NCBI GenBank assembly: GCA_963750165.1
Contig: CAVVPN010000012.1
Coordinates: 1,088,001 to 1,152,000 of the forward strand
Direction of reading: 5' to 3'
Length of the DNA stretch: 64,000 nucleotides
Source: an uncultured Gemmataceae bacterium
Lineage (GTDB): Bacteria; Planctomycetota; Planctomycetia; Gemmatales; Gemmataceae
The position numbers and the translations under genes are program-made. The notes under the pieces are model-generated. The model searched no databases. It saw only the letters and a list, made by a program, of their open reading frames with translations, and was not told where the DNA came from. Positions 19,101 through 30,937 of this stretch are shown here, one piece after another. Position 1 is the stretch's first letter; each line of letters opens with the position of its first letter.

Positions 19101-19267
19101 CCGACTCCAGGGAAGCCATGATTCAACTGAGTATGGTGAATCTCATGCTCAATCGCCTAATGTAACTCAACCGATTAAATTACTATCAAGAGTCCTCAAA
19201 TATTTTAAAAAAGCCCGAAAAATCCAGGAAAACTTTCCGGATGGTTTCTTACACTGGGGGGGATGCG

Positions 19268-20728
19268 ATGCTCAGAATTCTTGGTTCCAGCAAGCGGCTC
19301 TGCGACGGCTTGACGCGCCGGGAGCTCCTGCAAGCCGGTTCCAGCGGCCTGCTGGGATTGAGTCTGGTGGACCTGGCCGGCACACCGGCCGAGGCAAAAG
19401 TGAACAGGCCGCACCACCAGGGCCGGGCGAAAAATGTCATTCTGCTGTACCTTTACGGCGCCATGAGTCAGCTCGACACGCTCGATCCCAAGCCGGACGC
19501 GCCGGCGGAAATCCGCGGCCCATTTCAATCCATTGCGACTTCGATTCCCGGCGTGCGGATCGGCTCGCCTCTGCCACACCTCGCGAGCCGGCTGCACCGC
19601 GTGACCGTGGTTCGGTCCATGACGCACTCGCTGCCGATCCACAATGTCGCCAATGCCGTGACCGGCATTCGTCAAACCGACATCCCGATGGAGCTGAACC
19701 AGCGCGACCCGCGCCACTGGCCCTTTTTTGGCTCGGTGCTCGACCATCTGGAAACGACCCGGGATCGGGCTGCCCCCGCGCTGATTCCGCGCAACGTCAT
19801 TGTGCCCTGGCGGCAGAGCACCAACGCGCCGGAGAAACGCGCCGGGTTCTTCGGCGGTTTTCTCGGCCCGCGCTTTGACCCGACCCCGATCGAGTTCCAG
19901 GGACGCGGCACGTTGCCGACCTCGCTCCAGCCGAATAACCCCTATTGCGCCATCAGCCTGGGTTCTCCCTACAATTTCCCGGCAACTTCGCTGACTCCCG
20001 AAATCACTTTGGATCGCTTCCGCGGACGCCGCAGCCTGCTCGATCAGCTGAGCGATCAGCAACGGCACCTGTCGCGGTCATCCGGCATCCGCGGCTACGA
20101 CGAGTTGCAGCAGATCGCGTTGGGCCTGTGCGACTCCCAGACGTTGCCGGGCGCCCTGCGTCTGGATCGGGAACCCGTCGCCCTGCGCGAACGGTACGGG
20201 CGGCACCTGTTCGGCCAGTCCGCGCTGCTCGCGCGGCGGCTGATCGAGGCGGGTTCGCGCATTGTCACGGTCCTGTGGGATGAATTCGCCGAGAACAATT
20301 CCGCCTGGGATACCCACAACCACCTGACCCGTCGGCTCGGCAGGGAATTGTGTCCCGGCCTCGACCAGACGTTTGCCGCCTTGCTCGACGACCTCGACCA
20401 GCGCGGTCTGCTGGACGAGACTCTCGTGCTGTGCCTCACCGAACACGGTCGGACGCCGCGTCCGGAGGGGACCGATGGCCGGAATCACTGGTCGGGGACG
20501 TACAGTATTCTCCTGGCCGGCGCGGGAGTGAAGCAAGGCAACGTCGTCGGCGCCAGCGACCGGCAAGGCGCCTTCGTCCAGAATCGCCCCATCAATCCCA
20601 AGGACATCTTGCGCACGGTCTATCACCTCCTGGGCGTGGACGCGGACCGGACGATCTCCGATCGCCAGAATCGCCCCCTGCCGCTCGTGGACGGCGGACA
20701 GATTGTTCCGGAAATTCTTGAGGGTTGA
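19268..20728 (+). CDS. DUF1501 domain protein
   Basis: LTRRELL, AKNVILLYLYGAMSQLDTLDPKP, FGQSALLARRLIEAG, WDTH, EHGRTP, GRNHW. Confidence 0.92.
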   Translation: MLRILGSSKRLCDGLTRRELLQAGSSGLLGLSLVDLAGTPAEAKVNRPHHQGRAKNVILLYLYGAMSQLDTLDPKPDAPAEIRGPFQSIATSIPGVRIGSPLPHLASRLHRVTVVRSMTHSLPIHNVANAVTGIRQTDIPMELNQRDPRHWPFFGSVLDHLETTRDRAAPALIPRNVIVPWRQSTNAPEKRAGFFGGFLGPRFDPTPIEFQGRGTLPTSLQPNNPYCAISLGSPYNFPATSLTPEITLDRFRGRRSLLDQLSDQQRHLSRSSGIRGYDELQQIALGLCDSQTLPGALRLDREPVALRERYGRHLFGQSALLARRLIEAGSRIVTVLWDEFAENNSAWDTHNHLTRRLGRELCPGLDQTFAALLDDLDQRGLLDETLVLCLTEHGRTPRPEGTDGRNHWSGTYSILLAGAGVKQGNVVGASDRQGAFVQNRPINPKDILRTVYHLLGVDADRTISDRQNRPLPLVDGGQIVPEILEG

Positions 20729-20799
20729 GCTCCTTGACGAATTGAACCGCGTGTCTCACCGCAACGCGAATAGCCTCACCGAGCAGGGGACCTCCTACC

Positions 20800-23700
20800 G
20801 TGAAAAGTCCGCAAGCACTCGCCGTCTCGCTACTCCTCGTCTTGGCCGGACAAGCGTCCGCCGACTATCCGGGTTGGAAGCACTCCGGCTCCGTTTACAT
20901 CCTCACGACACCCGAGGGCGCCGATCTGCCCGCCTCGGCATCGGTTGAGGACTTCCCGCTGTTGGTTCGGTTACACAAGGACTTCTTCGATTTCAGCCAG
21001 GCGCAACCGCACGGCGAGGATTTTCGCTTCTCGTCGAGTGACGGGAAAGCGCTGGCGTACCAGATCGAGGAGTGGGACGCGGCCAACGGCACCGCCAGCA
21101 TCTGGGTGCGGATCCCGAAGATCCAGGGCAACGCGCGCCAGGAGATCAAGCTGTTCTGGGGCAAGGCCGGCGTGGCGAGCGTGTCCAGCGGGAAGGCGGT
21201 CTTCAACGACACGAACGGCTACCTCAGCGTCTGGCACATGGACGATCTGGTTAAGGACGAGGTTGGCACCCTGAAGAGCACGGACACCGGGACGACGACG
21301 ACCGCCGGCATCATCGGCAAGGCGCGGCACTTTCCGGGCCAGAAGGGCATCTTCTGCGGCGACAAGATTCCGAACTATCCCAACGGTTCGAGTCCCCACA
21401 GCAGCGAGGCGTGGTTCCGCGCCGACAACATCAATTGCCGGGTGCTTGCCTGGGGCAACGAGCACGGCCAAGGCAAGGTGACCATGCGCTACCGCAGCCC
21501 GCCGGGCGTGCAAATGGAGTGTTATTTTTCGGGCGCGAATGTTGCCAATCGGACTCCCGTGCCGAAGCAGCAGTGGGTTCATGTCGTGCACACGTATCAG
21601 AAGGGTGAATCGCGCATTTATATCAACGGGGCCCTTGACGGTGTATCAAAAACCGCATCCGCTCCGTTAACGATCAAATCGCCGGCCCGGCTGTGGATCG
21701 GCGGCTGGTACCACAACTACGACTTCGTTGGCGATATCGACGAGGTGCGGATCTCCAGGATCGTCCGCTCGCCGGAATGGATCCGGTTGCAGTACGAGAA
21801 CCAGAAGCCGCTGCAAACGCTGGTCGGGCCGCTCGTCCAGAAGGGAAATGCGTTCTCCGTTTTGCAGCAGAAAATCGTGATGGCCGAGGGCAAGATCGTC
21901 GCCCTGTCCGCGAAGGCCGGCGGCGCTCAAAAGCTCTACTGGGTGGTATCCCGCGACGGCAAGGAAACGGTTGCCGCCGTAGATCGGCTGTCCTTCGCGT
22001 TCTCAGCGGGCCGGGTGGTTGGCGATCGGTCGCTCACTATCCGTTTCAAGGCGGTTTATCCCAACGGCGTGAAAACCATCGACATCCCCGTCACGATCCG
22101 GGAAGCCATCCCCGAGCCGGTCTTCACGCTGCAAGCCCCTGCCGCGTGGGACGGGCGGAAGACGATCGAGATCGTGCCTCAGATCACGAACCTGGACGCG
22201 CTGCGGGCCAAGGGCGCGGACAAATTAAATTACACCTGGACGGTTTCCGGTTTGGCGGTGCTCAAGGAAACGGCGCCGGGCAAACTCGTTCTCAAGCGCT
22301 CCCAGAACAGCGGGCCGCTGAGCGTTTCGGTCGCCATCGACAACGGCGGCGCGGCGTCCGTGCGCTCGACGATGATTGCGGTGAAGGAACCCGACACCGA
22401 CGCCTGGGTGCAGCGCGTCCCCGCCAAGGACGAGAAGCCCGAGGACGGTCAGTTCTACGCCCGCGACGATAAAAACGAGGGGACGCTGTTTTATAATGGT
22501 GTGCTCGATCAGCCCGCGAAGGCGGTGTTCTTGAAAGTCTATGCGGACGGCAAACTCTTCAAGTCCGAGAACCAGAAACCCGCCGCCGGCAAGGCGTATG
22601 CCTTCACGGTGAATCTCAAGCCGGGGCTAATCAAGTACCGAGTGGAGTTCGGTACGCAGACGGACGGCAAGGAGAACGTGCTGCACAAGGCCAACAACCT
22701 GGTGTGCGGCGACGCCTATCTTATTCAGGGGCAATCGAACGCGCTGGCCACCGACACCGGCGAAGAGGCGCCGCGTGAGACGAGCGAGTGGGTCCGTAGT
22801 TATAGCGGTCCCACGGGGCGGGGCGATGGCAACAACTGGGTCCGCGACCGATTCTCGAAGAATCCGCGACCGAATCTCTGGTGTTACCCGGTCTGGAAGG
22901 CCCGGCCGCAAGATAAAGCGGAACTCGGCTACTGGGGCATGGAACTCGCCAAACGGCTCGTGGCGCGTCAGAAGATGCCGGTCTTCATCATCAACGGGGC
23001 TGTGGGCGGCACCCGCATAGACGAACACCAGCCGTCGCCAACCAATCACGGAGATTTGAAGACGATCTACGGCCGCACTCTTTGGCGGGTGCAGCAGGCC
23101 CGGCTCACGCACGGCATTCGCGGCGTCATCTGGCACCAGGGTGAAAGCGACCAGGGCTCGGACGGTCCCACTGGCGGTTATGGCTGGGAAACCTATCAGC
23201 ATTACTTTTTGGAGCTGGCGGCGGCCTGGAAACAGGATTTTCCCAATATCCAGCACTACTACGTTTTCCAGATCTGGCCCAACGCCTGCGGCATGGGGAA
23301 TGGACATGGCGACATGTTGCGCGAGGTGCAGCGCACGCTGCCGCGTCAATTCTCCAAAATGCACATCATGTCCACGCTGGGGATCAAACCGTCCGGTGGC
23401 TGTCATTATCCGCTGACCGGCTGGGCGGAGTTCGCACGGTTGATCCAGCCCTTGATCGAGCGCGACCACTACGGCAAGGTGCCCGCCGCCTCAATTACGC
23501 CGCCCGACCTCAAGCGGGCTTACTACACGAGCAAGGCGAAGGATGCGATCGCTCTGGAGTTTGACCAGCCCGTTGCCTGGGCGGACGCGCTGACAGGTCA
23601 GTTCTATCTGGATGGTGCGAAGGATAAAGTCGCTTCAGGGGCGGTGTCCGGGAACGTGGTCACGCTCAAATTGAAGGAAGCCTCGACGGCGCAAACCATC

Positions 23701-23811
23701 AGATATCTTAAAGAGATGAACTGGAGTCAGAACAGGCTGATCGTCGGCGCCAACGGCATCGCCGCGCTGACCTTTTGTGAGGTGCCGCTCGCGCTGGTAG
23801 CGCCCAAATAG
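20800..23811 (+). CDS. Secreted DUF2341 + LamG + SGNH (sialate O-acetylesterase-like) multidomain protein
   Basis: Signal peptide; DFPLLVRL...IWVRIP (DUF2341); GDIDEVRIS (LamG); GQSNA, WHQGESD, CHY (SGNH). Confidence 0.85.
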   Translation: MKSPQALAVSLLLVLAGQASADYPGWKHSGSVYILTTPEGADLPASASVEDFPLLVRLHKDFFDFSQAQPHGEDFRFSSSDGKALAYQIEEWDAANGTASIWVRIPKIQGNARQEIKLFWGKAGVASVSSGKAVFNDTNGYLSVWHMDDLVKDEVGTLKSTDTGTTTTAGIIGKARHFPGQKGIFCGDKIPNYPNGSSPHSSEAWFRADNINCRVLAWGNEHGQGKVTMRYRSPPGVQMECYFSGANVANRTPVPKQQWVHVVHTYQKGESRIYINGALDGVSKTASAPLTIKSPARLWIGGWYHNYDFVGDIDEVRISRIVRSPEWIRLQYENQKPLQTLVGPLVQKGNAFSVLQQKIVMAEGKIVALSAKAGGAQKLYWVVSRDGKETVAAVDRLSFAFSAGRVVGDRSLTIRFKAVYPNGVKTIDIPVTIREAIPEPVFTLQAPAAWDGRKTIEIVPQITNLDALRAKGADKLNYTWTVSGLAVLKETAPGKLVLKRSQNSGPLSVSVAIDNGGAASVRSTMIAVKEPDTDAWVQRVPAKDEKPEDGQFYARDDKNEGTLFYNGVLDQPAKAVFLKVYADGKLFKSENQKPAAGKAYAFTVNLKPGLIKYRVEFGTQTDGKENVLHKANNLVCGDAYLIQGQSNALATDTGEEAPRETSEWVRSYSGPTGRGDGNNWVRDRFSKNPRPNLWCYPVWKARPQDKAELGYWGMELAKRLVARQKMPVFIINGAVGGTRIDEHQPSPTNHGDLKTIYGRTLWRVQQARLTHGIRGVIWHQGESDQGSDGPTGGYGWETYQHYFLELAAAWKQDFPNIQHYYVFQIWPNACGMGNGHGDMLREVQRTLPRQFSKMHIMSTLGIKPSGGCHYPLTGWAEFARLIQPLIERDHYGKVPAASITPPDLKRAYYTSKAKDAIALEFDQPVAWADALTGQFYLDGAKDKVASGAVSGNVVTLKLKEASTAQTIRYLKEMNWSQNRLIVGANGIAALTFCEVPLALVAPK

Positions 23812-23825
23812 CCGCCGGGGCAACA

Positions 23826-23966
23826 TCACGCCAGCACAGCGTCCACCACGCACCCATGCACGTCGGTGAGCCGGCGTTCGATGCCGTTGTGGTAGAAGCG
23901 CAACTGCTCGTGATCCAGGCCCAGCAGGTGCAGGATCGTCGCGAGCAGGTCGTAGATGGTGGTGGG
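23826..23966 (-). pseudogene. C-terminal remnant of a DUF1501 gene
   Basis: [38 protein letters not shown]...LA*. Confidence 0.8.
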
Positions 23967-23969
23967 TGA

Positions 23970-25475
23970 TTATTTCGCCACGGGAACTTCATTCACAGTG
24001 TAATACGCCTTTCTGTGCAATAACTGTTCCTTGTCGCGGGCACGCAAGTTGAAGAGGTCGAAATCATACACGTGACCGCGAAGCAACTGGTTCAGGACCA
24101 GCGTCGCAGACATGCCGTCCTTGGAAACCTGAACCGATTTGACGACGGGCGTCGTTTTCTCGATTTCCGGCCCGCCATAGCCGCTGTGGTAGGGATGCGT
24201 GAAAGTGGTGATCTGATAGGATTTGGGGTCGCTGCCCGTCTTCGCATCGACCGGCTTCGTGAAGGCAATCTTGAAGCCATTTGGTTCAATGTTGATGCGT
24301 TGGATTTCAAACGGCACCTTGCCGTTCCATTCGAGCCGTTCGAGAGCAAACGGTTTGTTGCCGCGCACCGGCCAGCCGCGATTTGTACCACCGCACATCA
24401 AGTTGCCCCCCGGCGTGAACACCACGTTCAGAATGCCCGTCGATAGTCCCTCGCGGAAGGGATAACACGCGCCCTGCCAGACGCCGTTGACCTGCTCAGT
24501 CGTGGCACGCATGATGACCGAGAGCGTGTAGTCGCCGATGAACATTTGGTCCTCGAACGGACCAAACTTGCCTTTGGTGCGGTTCACATCGAACCCCGTG
24601 ATCGAGCGCCCCATGCGGACATACGGGAAGACGACTGCGGTGGGGACGAGTTGCTTCACCCGGGACTTTTCAATGATGACGCGCGAGCCGGATTTGGGCA
24701 TTTCCGGAACCGGGCCCATTTCCGGGGCGTACTTGTACCAGTTGAAGCTCGCGGGGTGTCCCTGGAAACTGCGAGGCGTGACGGCCTTGAGGCTGCACGA
24801 GCAGTTCCATGGCCCCTGACTCTCGGCATAAAACAATGCCCCGTGTTCGTTATACCCGATGCCGCCAGGGCTGCGCAGCCCGCTGGCCAGCGCCAGCGTT
24901 TTGCCTTCCGGCGTGACCTTCATCACGAAGCCGCGATACAACGCACGCGATTCGTAGGAGAACGACAACCCGAGCGCCACGTACAAGTTTCCGTCGCGGT
25001 CGAACTTCGAGCCGAAAGCGTATTCGTGGTAATTCGCATAGCCCCAGGCGTCCGAAAGGGTTTCGAACCGGTTGGCCTTGCCGTCCTGTTTCGTGTCGCT
25101 GACGCGCGTGAGTTCACAACTTTGCGTGACGTAGAACGCTTTGTCCTTGTAAGCCAGTCCGAAAATCTCATCCAGCCCGGTCGCGTACAGGTGGTACGCT
25201 GGGTTCGGCTTCCTGGCATCAACGCCGCTCAGGATATGGATCTCACCGTGGCGCGTGCCAACTGCCACGCGACCGTCGGGCAATACACAGAAGGCGCCCG
25301 CCTCGATCACCATGCTTGGCGGGATCGGGATGTTGACAATCGGGTAGTATTCACGCTCGCGCTCTTCGGTGCCCCAGCGGGCACCGACCTCCTCGGCCCC
25401 GGCGTTCGAGACATTGAGCGACCAGGCTGCGAGCAGCAACAGGAACAGGCGCGCATGGTTACTTGAGCAGTTCAT
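23970..25475 (-). CDS. Secreted beta-propeller (glucose/sorbosone dehydrogenase-like) protein
   Basis: Signal peptide; YHEYAFG, SGLRSPGG, SQGPW, GGTNRGW motifs. Confidence 0.75.
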   Translation of the reverse strand: MNCSSNHARLFLLLLAAWSLNVSNAGAEEVGARWGTEEREREYYPIVNIPIPPSMVIEAGAFCVLPDGRVAVGTRHGEIHILSGVDARKPNPAYHLYATGLDEIFGLAYKDKAFYVTQSCELTRVSDTKQDGKANRFETLSDAWGYANYHEYAFGSKFDRDGNLYVALGLSFSYESRALYRGFVMKVTPEGKTLALASGLRSPGGIGYNEHGALFYAESQGPWNCSCSLKAVTPRSFQGHPASFNWYKYAPEMGPVPEMPKSGSRVIIEKSRVKQLVPTAVVFPYVRMGRSITGFDVNRTKGKFGPFEDQMFIGDYTLSVIMRATTEQVNGVWQGACYPFREGLSTGILNVVFTPGGNLMCGGTNRGWPVRGNKPFALERLEWNGKVPFEIQRINIEPNGFKIAFTKPVDAKTGSDPKSYQITTFTHPYHSGYGGPEIEKTTPVVKSVQVSKDGMSATLVLNQLLRGHVYDFDLFNLRARDKEQLLHRKAYYTVNEVPVAK

Positions 25476-27783
25476 AAGTAAGTGTCCGCGTGGATTTGCC
25501 CTTGGGGATGTCGAATTTAAGCAGGAGTTCCGTGGTATTTTGATCAGCAGAATTGGGCCGCAGCACCGTTGGGACCGGTGGGATGTTCAGACGTAATTCG
25601 GCAGTTTTGAATTGCTGCTTCGACTCCGCTTCGATCTTCCCCGTGAGGGCGCGAAACCAAACGGTTTGGGCCTTCGGCGAGTTGAACGTCAGCTGGCGCA
25701 GGAGTCCGCCATTTTTGCCTTGGGCTGCGGGGGCTGAACGATCCTCAATCTCGATGGTGCCACTGAGGTACAGGAAGGTCGGGATCGACGCATCATCCAG
25801 GTGATAGCCCTTGAATTGATAGCCGCGATTTTTGGGGTATAGTGGGTCGGGATTGACCGGTGCTTCCTTCGTCATCACCGGGCGGAGCGGCCAGGGCGTT
25901 TTCTCGTCCTTGAGGGGGAAGAATGACACGTCCTGCGCCAGGGCCACGAACTTACCAGCCGGGTGGAATGCGCCCGACCCCTGGCCGCCGCGATCAACGC
26001 CCACGAAATCGCCGCGCCACAGCGCCGACAGAGTGCCCGTCTCGGCATTAAATGCGTAGCTCAGCTTTTCTGGGAAACCGACAGCAATACCGCGATAGCC
26101 GGCGACACTGCTGCGGCCGCGGTACGTGCGCGTGGCATCGGTCACCGTGAGTTTTGTTGCGATCGTGCGGATTCCGGACGGGTCCGCCGCCGACGTTCCC
26201 AGAGACAGGTAATACCAGATCGCTTCAATTTGCCGATCCGTGCTGCCGTTCAGAATGGTATTCTGCATCGCCTTGCCGTCGGGCCAGGCACTGGGCATGA
26301 CTGTTCGTGGGCGAAAAGCGTTCGGGTCGCGCATGTAATGATAAAACCAACTCGCCTGGAGCCTCTGATAGGAGAGCATCAGGTCGATGCCTTTGAAATT
26401 AGACGATTTTCCATTGAAGGTGTGGCAGGCGACACAATTCAGGGCTTTATCCCCGAGTAACTCGCGGCCGGCAGTCCGCAACTCCCGCTCGCGCGCCCGC
26501 TCCTTCCCATTCGGGCTCTCCACATTCGGCAACTTGAACTCGAATTTTGGGAAGGTATCCAGACGTGCAAACAGTTCCGGCAGGTGCCGCAGGTTCGACT
26601 CTCCGAACTGAGGCATGCGTGTGAACATGTACGGCCGCACGCTTTCACCATCGAAGAGCACTTTTTTCAGCGTCAGCATTTTCAGCTTGGCGCCGACCAA
26701 CGTCAGCGGCGGCGGTATGCGCGCTTCATCCCCCAGATTGATCTCGCTCGTCCGGAAATGCGGGTTGTTCGCCGCCGAGACGCCGCCGAAGTCGCCCCGA
26801 GCGTGACACGCGATGCAGTTGAACGCCGTCAGTGTCGTCGCCAGTCGTACCTTGTCAGTGACCGGGTCGGCTGGCTTCGCGAGCGCTGCCCGAATTGCTT
26901 TTCTCTGGTCGATGCTCAGGTGATAGCGCGGGCTCTTGCCCGGCTTGTCGGCGAGGCAGCCGCGTGCCGAATTGGCGGCCTCCAGGGCGGCGGCGGGCGC
27001 CGCGGCGGGAATGTCGCCGAGTTTGTGGCACGAGGCACAGTTATGTTTTTGAAAATACTGCTTGCCGAGGGCAACCAGTTTGGCCTGTGGCTGAAGCGAT
27101 TTGATCGAGGTGTCGGCTTTGCCGAGCAAGTAACTGGCAAGCGCCCTGGCCTCGACCGGTGTCAACTTCATGTCCGGCATCCGGCCCGACGGCCGCACTC
27201 GCAGGGGTTCCAGCAGGAATTCTGCCAGTGAAGCGCGGCTGTATTTCATGGGGATGTGTCCCAGGGCGACTACCCCTGCGTTCGTTATCTCCTTGCCGGC
27301 ATCGTCGCGCGGCGCGTGACAGGCGACACAGCCCACCGTGTGAAAAAGGGTCTTGCCCCCTGAGACCTCTGGTTCGTTGAGCTTTTCGCCCTGGTACTTG
27401 CGAGGCGATTGCGCGATCAGGAAATGAGTAATGGCCTCGGCGATCTTTTCCCGCTCGCCGGCGGATTCGGCGGCCAGCAGATCCGGCATGGTCGTACCGG
27501 AATGTGCCGCCGACGAGGACGCAATAAACTTCCGCAGATAATTCGGCGCGACACGCCCACCCACGTCAGCCAGATCCGGAGCCGCTCTGGCGTCCGGCTG
27601 AGGGCCCTCTTTGAGACTGTGACAGGCGACGCAGCGCAATTCGCCCAGTAACAATCGACCAACTTGTTGCTGGGACAGCGGATGCCTGTTGGCGAGTCCG
27701 GGCACGATGGGAGAGGCGGAGGCTATTGCTGGGAGTAGCGGTGTGATCAGCGCTGCCAGCAGGGTGAATTGAAACGGTTTCAC
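25459..27783 (-). CDS. Multiheme c-type cytochrome (5 CxxCH)
   Basis: CVACH, CVACH, CASCH, CIACH, CVACH; signal peptide; MP axial-ligand motifs. Confidence 0.88.
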   Translation of the reverse strand: MKPFQFTLLAALITPLLPAIASASPIVPGLANRHPLSQQQVGRLLLGELRCVACHSLKEGPQPDARAAPDLADVGGRVAPNYLRKFIASSSAAHSGTTMPDLLAAESAGEREKIAEAITHFLIAQSPRKYQGEKLNEPEVSGGKTLFHTVGCVACHAPRDDAGKEITNAGVVALGHIPMKYSRASLAEFLLEPLRVRPSGRMPDMKLTPVEARALASYLLGKADTSIKSLQPQAKLVALGKQYFQKHNCASCHKLGDIPAAAPAAALEAANSARGCLADKPGKSPRYHLSIDQRKAIRAALAKPADPVTDKVRLATTLTAFNCIACHARGDFGGVSAANNPHFRTSEINLGDEARIPPPLTLVGAKLKMLTLKKVLFDGESVRPYMFTRMPQFGESNLRHLPELFARLDTFPKFEFKLPNVESPNGKERARERELRTAGRELLGDKALNCVACHTFNGKSSNFKGIDLMLSYQRLQASWFYHYMRDPNAFRPRTVMPSAWPDGKAMQNTILNGSTDRQIEAIWYYLSLGTSAADPSGIRTIATKLTVTDATRTYRGRSSVAGYRGIAVGFPEKLSYAFNAETGTLSALWRGDFVGVDRGGQGSGAFHPAGKFVALAQDVSFFPLKDEKTPWPLRPVMTKEAPVNPDPLYPKNRGYQFKGYHLDDASIPTFLYLSGTIEIEDRSAPAAQGKNGGLLRQLTFNSPKAQTVWFRALTGKIEAESKQQFKTAELRLNIPPVPTVLRPNSADQNTTELLLKFDIPKGKSTRTLTYELLK

Positions 27784-28046
27784 GAAAAGTCACCATCAAT
27801 GTTTTTGCAGCCGCGAGTCAAGAATCCCACGCCGAGTTTTGGCAATTTACTGCACTGCCCAAATTGTGGGGGATCGAAGCGGCGGGGGATTCAAGATGCT
27901 AGAAATTATCCTGGTCCTTCTCGGGTCGATCATTCTGACTGTCGTCCGCGGAGAGCAACGATGCTGTAGCGTTATGATATGGAAAAGCGAACGGCCTGGT
28001 CCAGATCTACTGAGAGGGAAATGGACACTTCTCGCTCATTCTACTT

Positions 28047-29544
28047 CTACTGTGCTACTTTCCTCTTTTCGGTCGGCCGCGCGGCCGCGGCCGACGCGGC
28101 GGGAACTGCCCGGTCGCGTTGTGCCAGTGGTAGATGCGTGCCTCCTCGTTACGCCGCAGCACTTGGCTCACGATCTCCGCGACCCGGGCCGCGCTGGGGC
28201 TCGGCTCGCGCAGCAGTTCCGTGAAGATCTGCCGCACCTGCGGCACCGTCAGCGCTGGTGTTTTTCCCCCCAGCCGCAGCTTCTCGGTCTGCAGGAACCA
28301 CAGGGCCAACAGCGACAGCGTCATGTGGTGGTGCCAGCCCACCCAGCTGCGCACCTCGTAGTGTCCCAACCCCACCTCGCCCTTGGCCTCCGCCAAGAGT
28401 TCCTCGACCCCGTGCCGCGCCCGTGTACCCGCGCCGCCTGCCCGCGCCGCGCCGGTGCGCGTTGGAGAGCGTGTACCACGTCTGCGGCTTGGGCTCGCAA
28501 CTCTTGAGGATCGCCAGACGTTCGCGCGGCCCCACGCAGCCGTCCTCGTCCTTGGTCTGCACCGCCGCCAACAGCACCTTGACCCACTGCGGCCCCTTGG
28601 CTCCGTCACGCACCTTCACCTTGCGCCACCGCCCCGCCGGCTGCCGCGCCGCCCACCGATCAACGCGCTCGAACGCCGGCAACCGCGGCCGGCCGCCGGG
28701 GCGCACCGGCGGCAACCGCTCGGCCAGGTCACGCACCAGGGTGTTGCAGGGCACGTCCAGCACGTACCGGAGCCGCCGCTGCCGCAGGGCCGCCCGCAGT
28801 TCCGTGCAGCGGCCGAACTCGTCGTCGCCAGCCACCCAGTCCCCGGGCAGGTCGGCGCAGGCGCGGTCCAGCAGTTCCAGGCCGACCCGCCACTTCTCGG
28901 CGAAGGCGACCGCCGCGGGCACAAACGTGGCGGCGCGGCGCCTGGGGTCGTGGGCCCAGTCCTGGTCCAGATAGAGCTGGGCGTCGAGCAGGGCCTTGCC
29001 GCGCGGGGCGACGTAGGCCAGGAAGACGCCGACCTGGCAGTTGTCGATCTTGCCCAACCGGCCGCACCACTGGCGGGCCACCCCACAGGAAGCCGCCCCC
29101 TTCTTGGGGAACGCCGAGGGGTCCAGGACGAAGACGGCGTCGTCGTCGGCCAACTCCTCGGCGATGTGGCGGCGCAACTCGCCCAGGACGGCCTGGTCGT
29201 CCCAGCCGCCGCCACCGACGAACAGTTGCAAGGGGCGGCGCTTGAGGCCGGCCAAGGTGGCGATGGGCTCGGTGGTCTTGCGCTGCAGGCCGCTGAGCTT
29301 GCCGCGCAGCACGGTCAGGGCGTGGCCGCGGTGCTCCTCTCGGTGGAACCGGGGCAGGTAGCGCTGGGCGAAGGCGGTCAACTGGTCCGCGCAGGAGCGG
29401 ACGGCAGCAGCGGAGAGTTCGGCGTCGTTCAGCAGGGCCTGCGCGTCGGGGTGGTCGAGGATGTCCATGGCGGCCTCCACAAAGATACCGCCGTTCAGTG
29501 TAGCCACCGCGTCAGCTGCCGGCTAGAATCATGTTGCACAGTAG
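28047..29544 (-). mobile_element. IS701-family IS; transposase about 29468-28055, frameshifted near 28430-28460
   Basis: FPKKG..SCGVARQWCGRLGKIDNCQVGV; LGHYEVRSWVGWHHH; IRs ctactgtgctac / gttgcacagtag. Confidence 0.9.
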
Positions 29545-29763
29545 AACTACCTCTGCACAGAGTAGTGTACATCCCTGGACGGGTACTGAACAATCGGCTA
29601 GGCTCGGTTTTCGTCCGACGCGCAGGGGGCCGCCTTTCCGGCCGAGGATCCGGTCGCGGGTCGCCCCTGCTGCTGCCCCAGGAACGCTGAGCGGGGCCAG
29701 GGCGACATCGGCGTCAACGTCCTGCGCCGCGAGGGCTCGGTCACAGTCGCGAAGTGGTGCCGC

Positions 29764-30445
29764 TCACGACGTCGGGGCCGGAGGGCGCCAGTATTCCGGT
29801 TCCTCCGACCGGACGCCGAAGTTCGGGTCATGGTTGCCGGTGTAGATCAGCGCATGTTCGCGCCAGAAGCGGACGCTCTCCTCCCACCGCGCCAGCGTCG
29901 CCTGCCCGGTCTTGCTGCACGGCTCGGCCGGCGCCAGGGTGCCGAAGTACGCCGTCATCAGCGCCACCACGCCGTAGGCGTTGCGGTGCAGGATCACCAC
30001 CAGCGAGCTGCACGGGATCGGCTCGCGGCCCTTGACCATACGCGAGCAACCCAACTTGCGGCCGGTTCGGCGGACGTAAACGATCTCGTCCGTCTCGGTC
30101 GTGGGCACGCAGGCCGAGTGGCCGACCGGATGCCCGAAATCGTGGAGGAAGGGGCGGGTGATCCTGAGGGTTGGGTCGAGCACGATGGCCCGCAGGGCCT
30201 CGTATAGGTGCGGGATGACGTCCGGGTGGGCGATCAGGTGATCCTTGTCCAGACCGGACCACACCGTCTCGCCGTTGGCCAGCCAGCCGACGACCTTCCG
30301 CCCGTCCCGCATCGCCCGAAGGGTGACGCGGATGCGATCCAGCGAGGGGATACGCTGGATGAACCAGCGGACCAGTGAGAGTTCGGTGAGGGTGCTGAGC
30401 AGCCATAGCGGGGCGAACCGCCAACGGAGTTTGCTTGCTTTCATC
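29764..30445 (-). CDS. Hypothetical protein
   Basis: Long ORF, start uncertain; no family recognised. Confidence 0.5.
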
Positions 30446-30937
30446 GTGTCGAGCTGTGTTCGGGGAATGCCGGCGAACGGTGGCATCCACGGGCGCAGAC
30501 GGGTTCGTCTGCACGCGAGCGGAGATGGGTGCGCGGGTCATCGTACAGCGAACGCACGCCTCTGCCGTGAGTCGTGAATGGGTCATTCGCGGGCCGCTCG
30601 AAGCGCCCCGTGATTGGAGGATGGAATCGAGCCAGGTAACGCTCACAAGCGTCACCAATCAGACACACTCAAGGACAGCAAGGTTCGCCGGGCAGGTCAG
30701 GAGATTTCCAGCGCGTGTCATTCGCAGATCGAAGCCCTGGATTGCCTGGTCAAGGAGTCTTGATGGATACCGTGTGCGCGGTCGCTCGGCGTCCGCCAAG
30801 TTGGGTCGATGGCAACGGGGCGGACGGGGTTGCCGAATACCCAAGGGTGAGCATCCTGAGACCGAAACCGGTCGAAACCGGTCGGATCATGGTGCGCACC
30901 TCGGAATGAAGGCGGATAGTGTTTGTCCTCAAGTACC

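Noticed and set aside
28003..29590. IS3-like ends flanking the IS701
   Set aside because: Complementarity too weak to support
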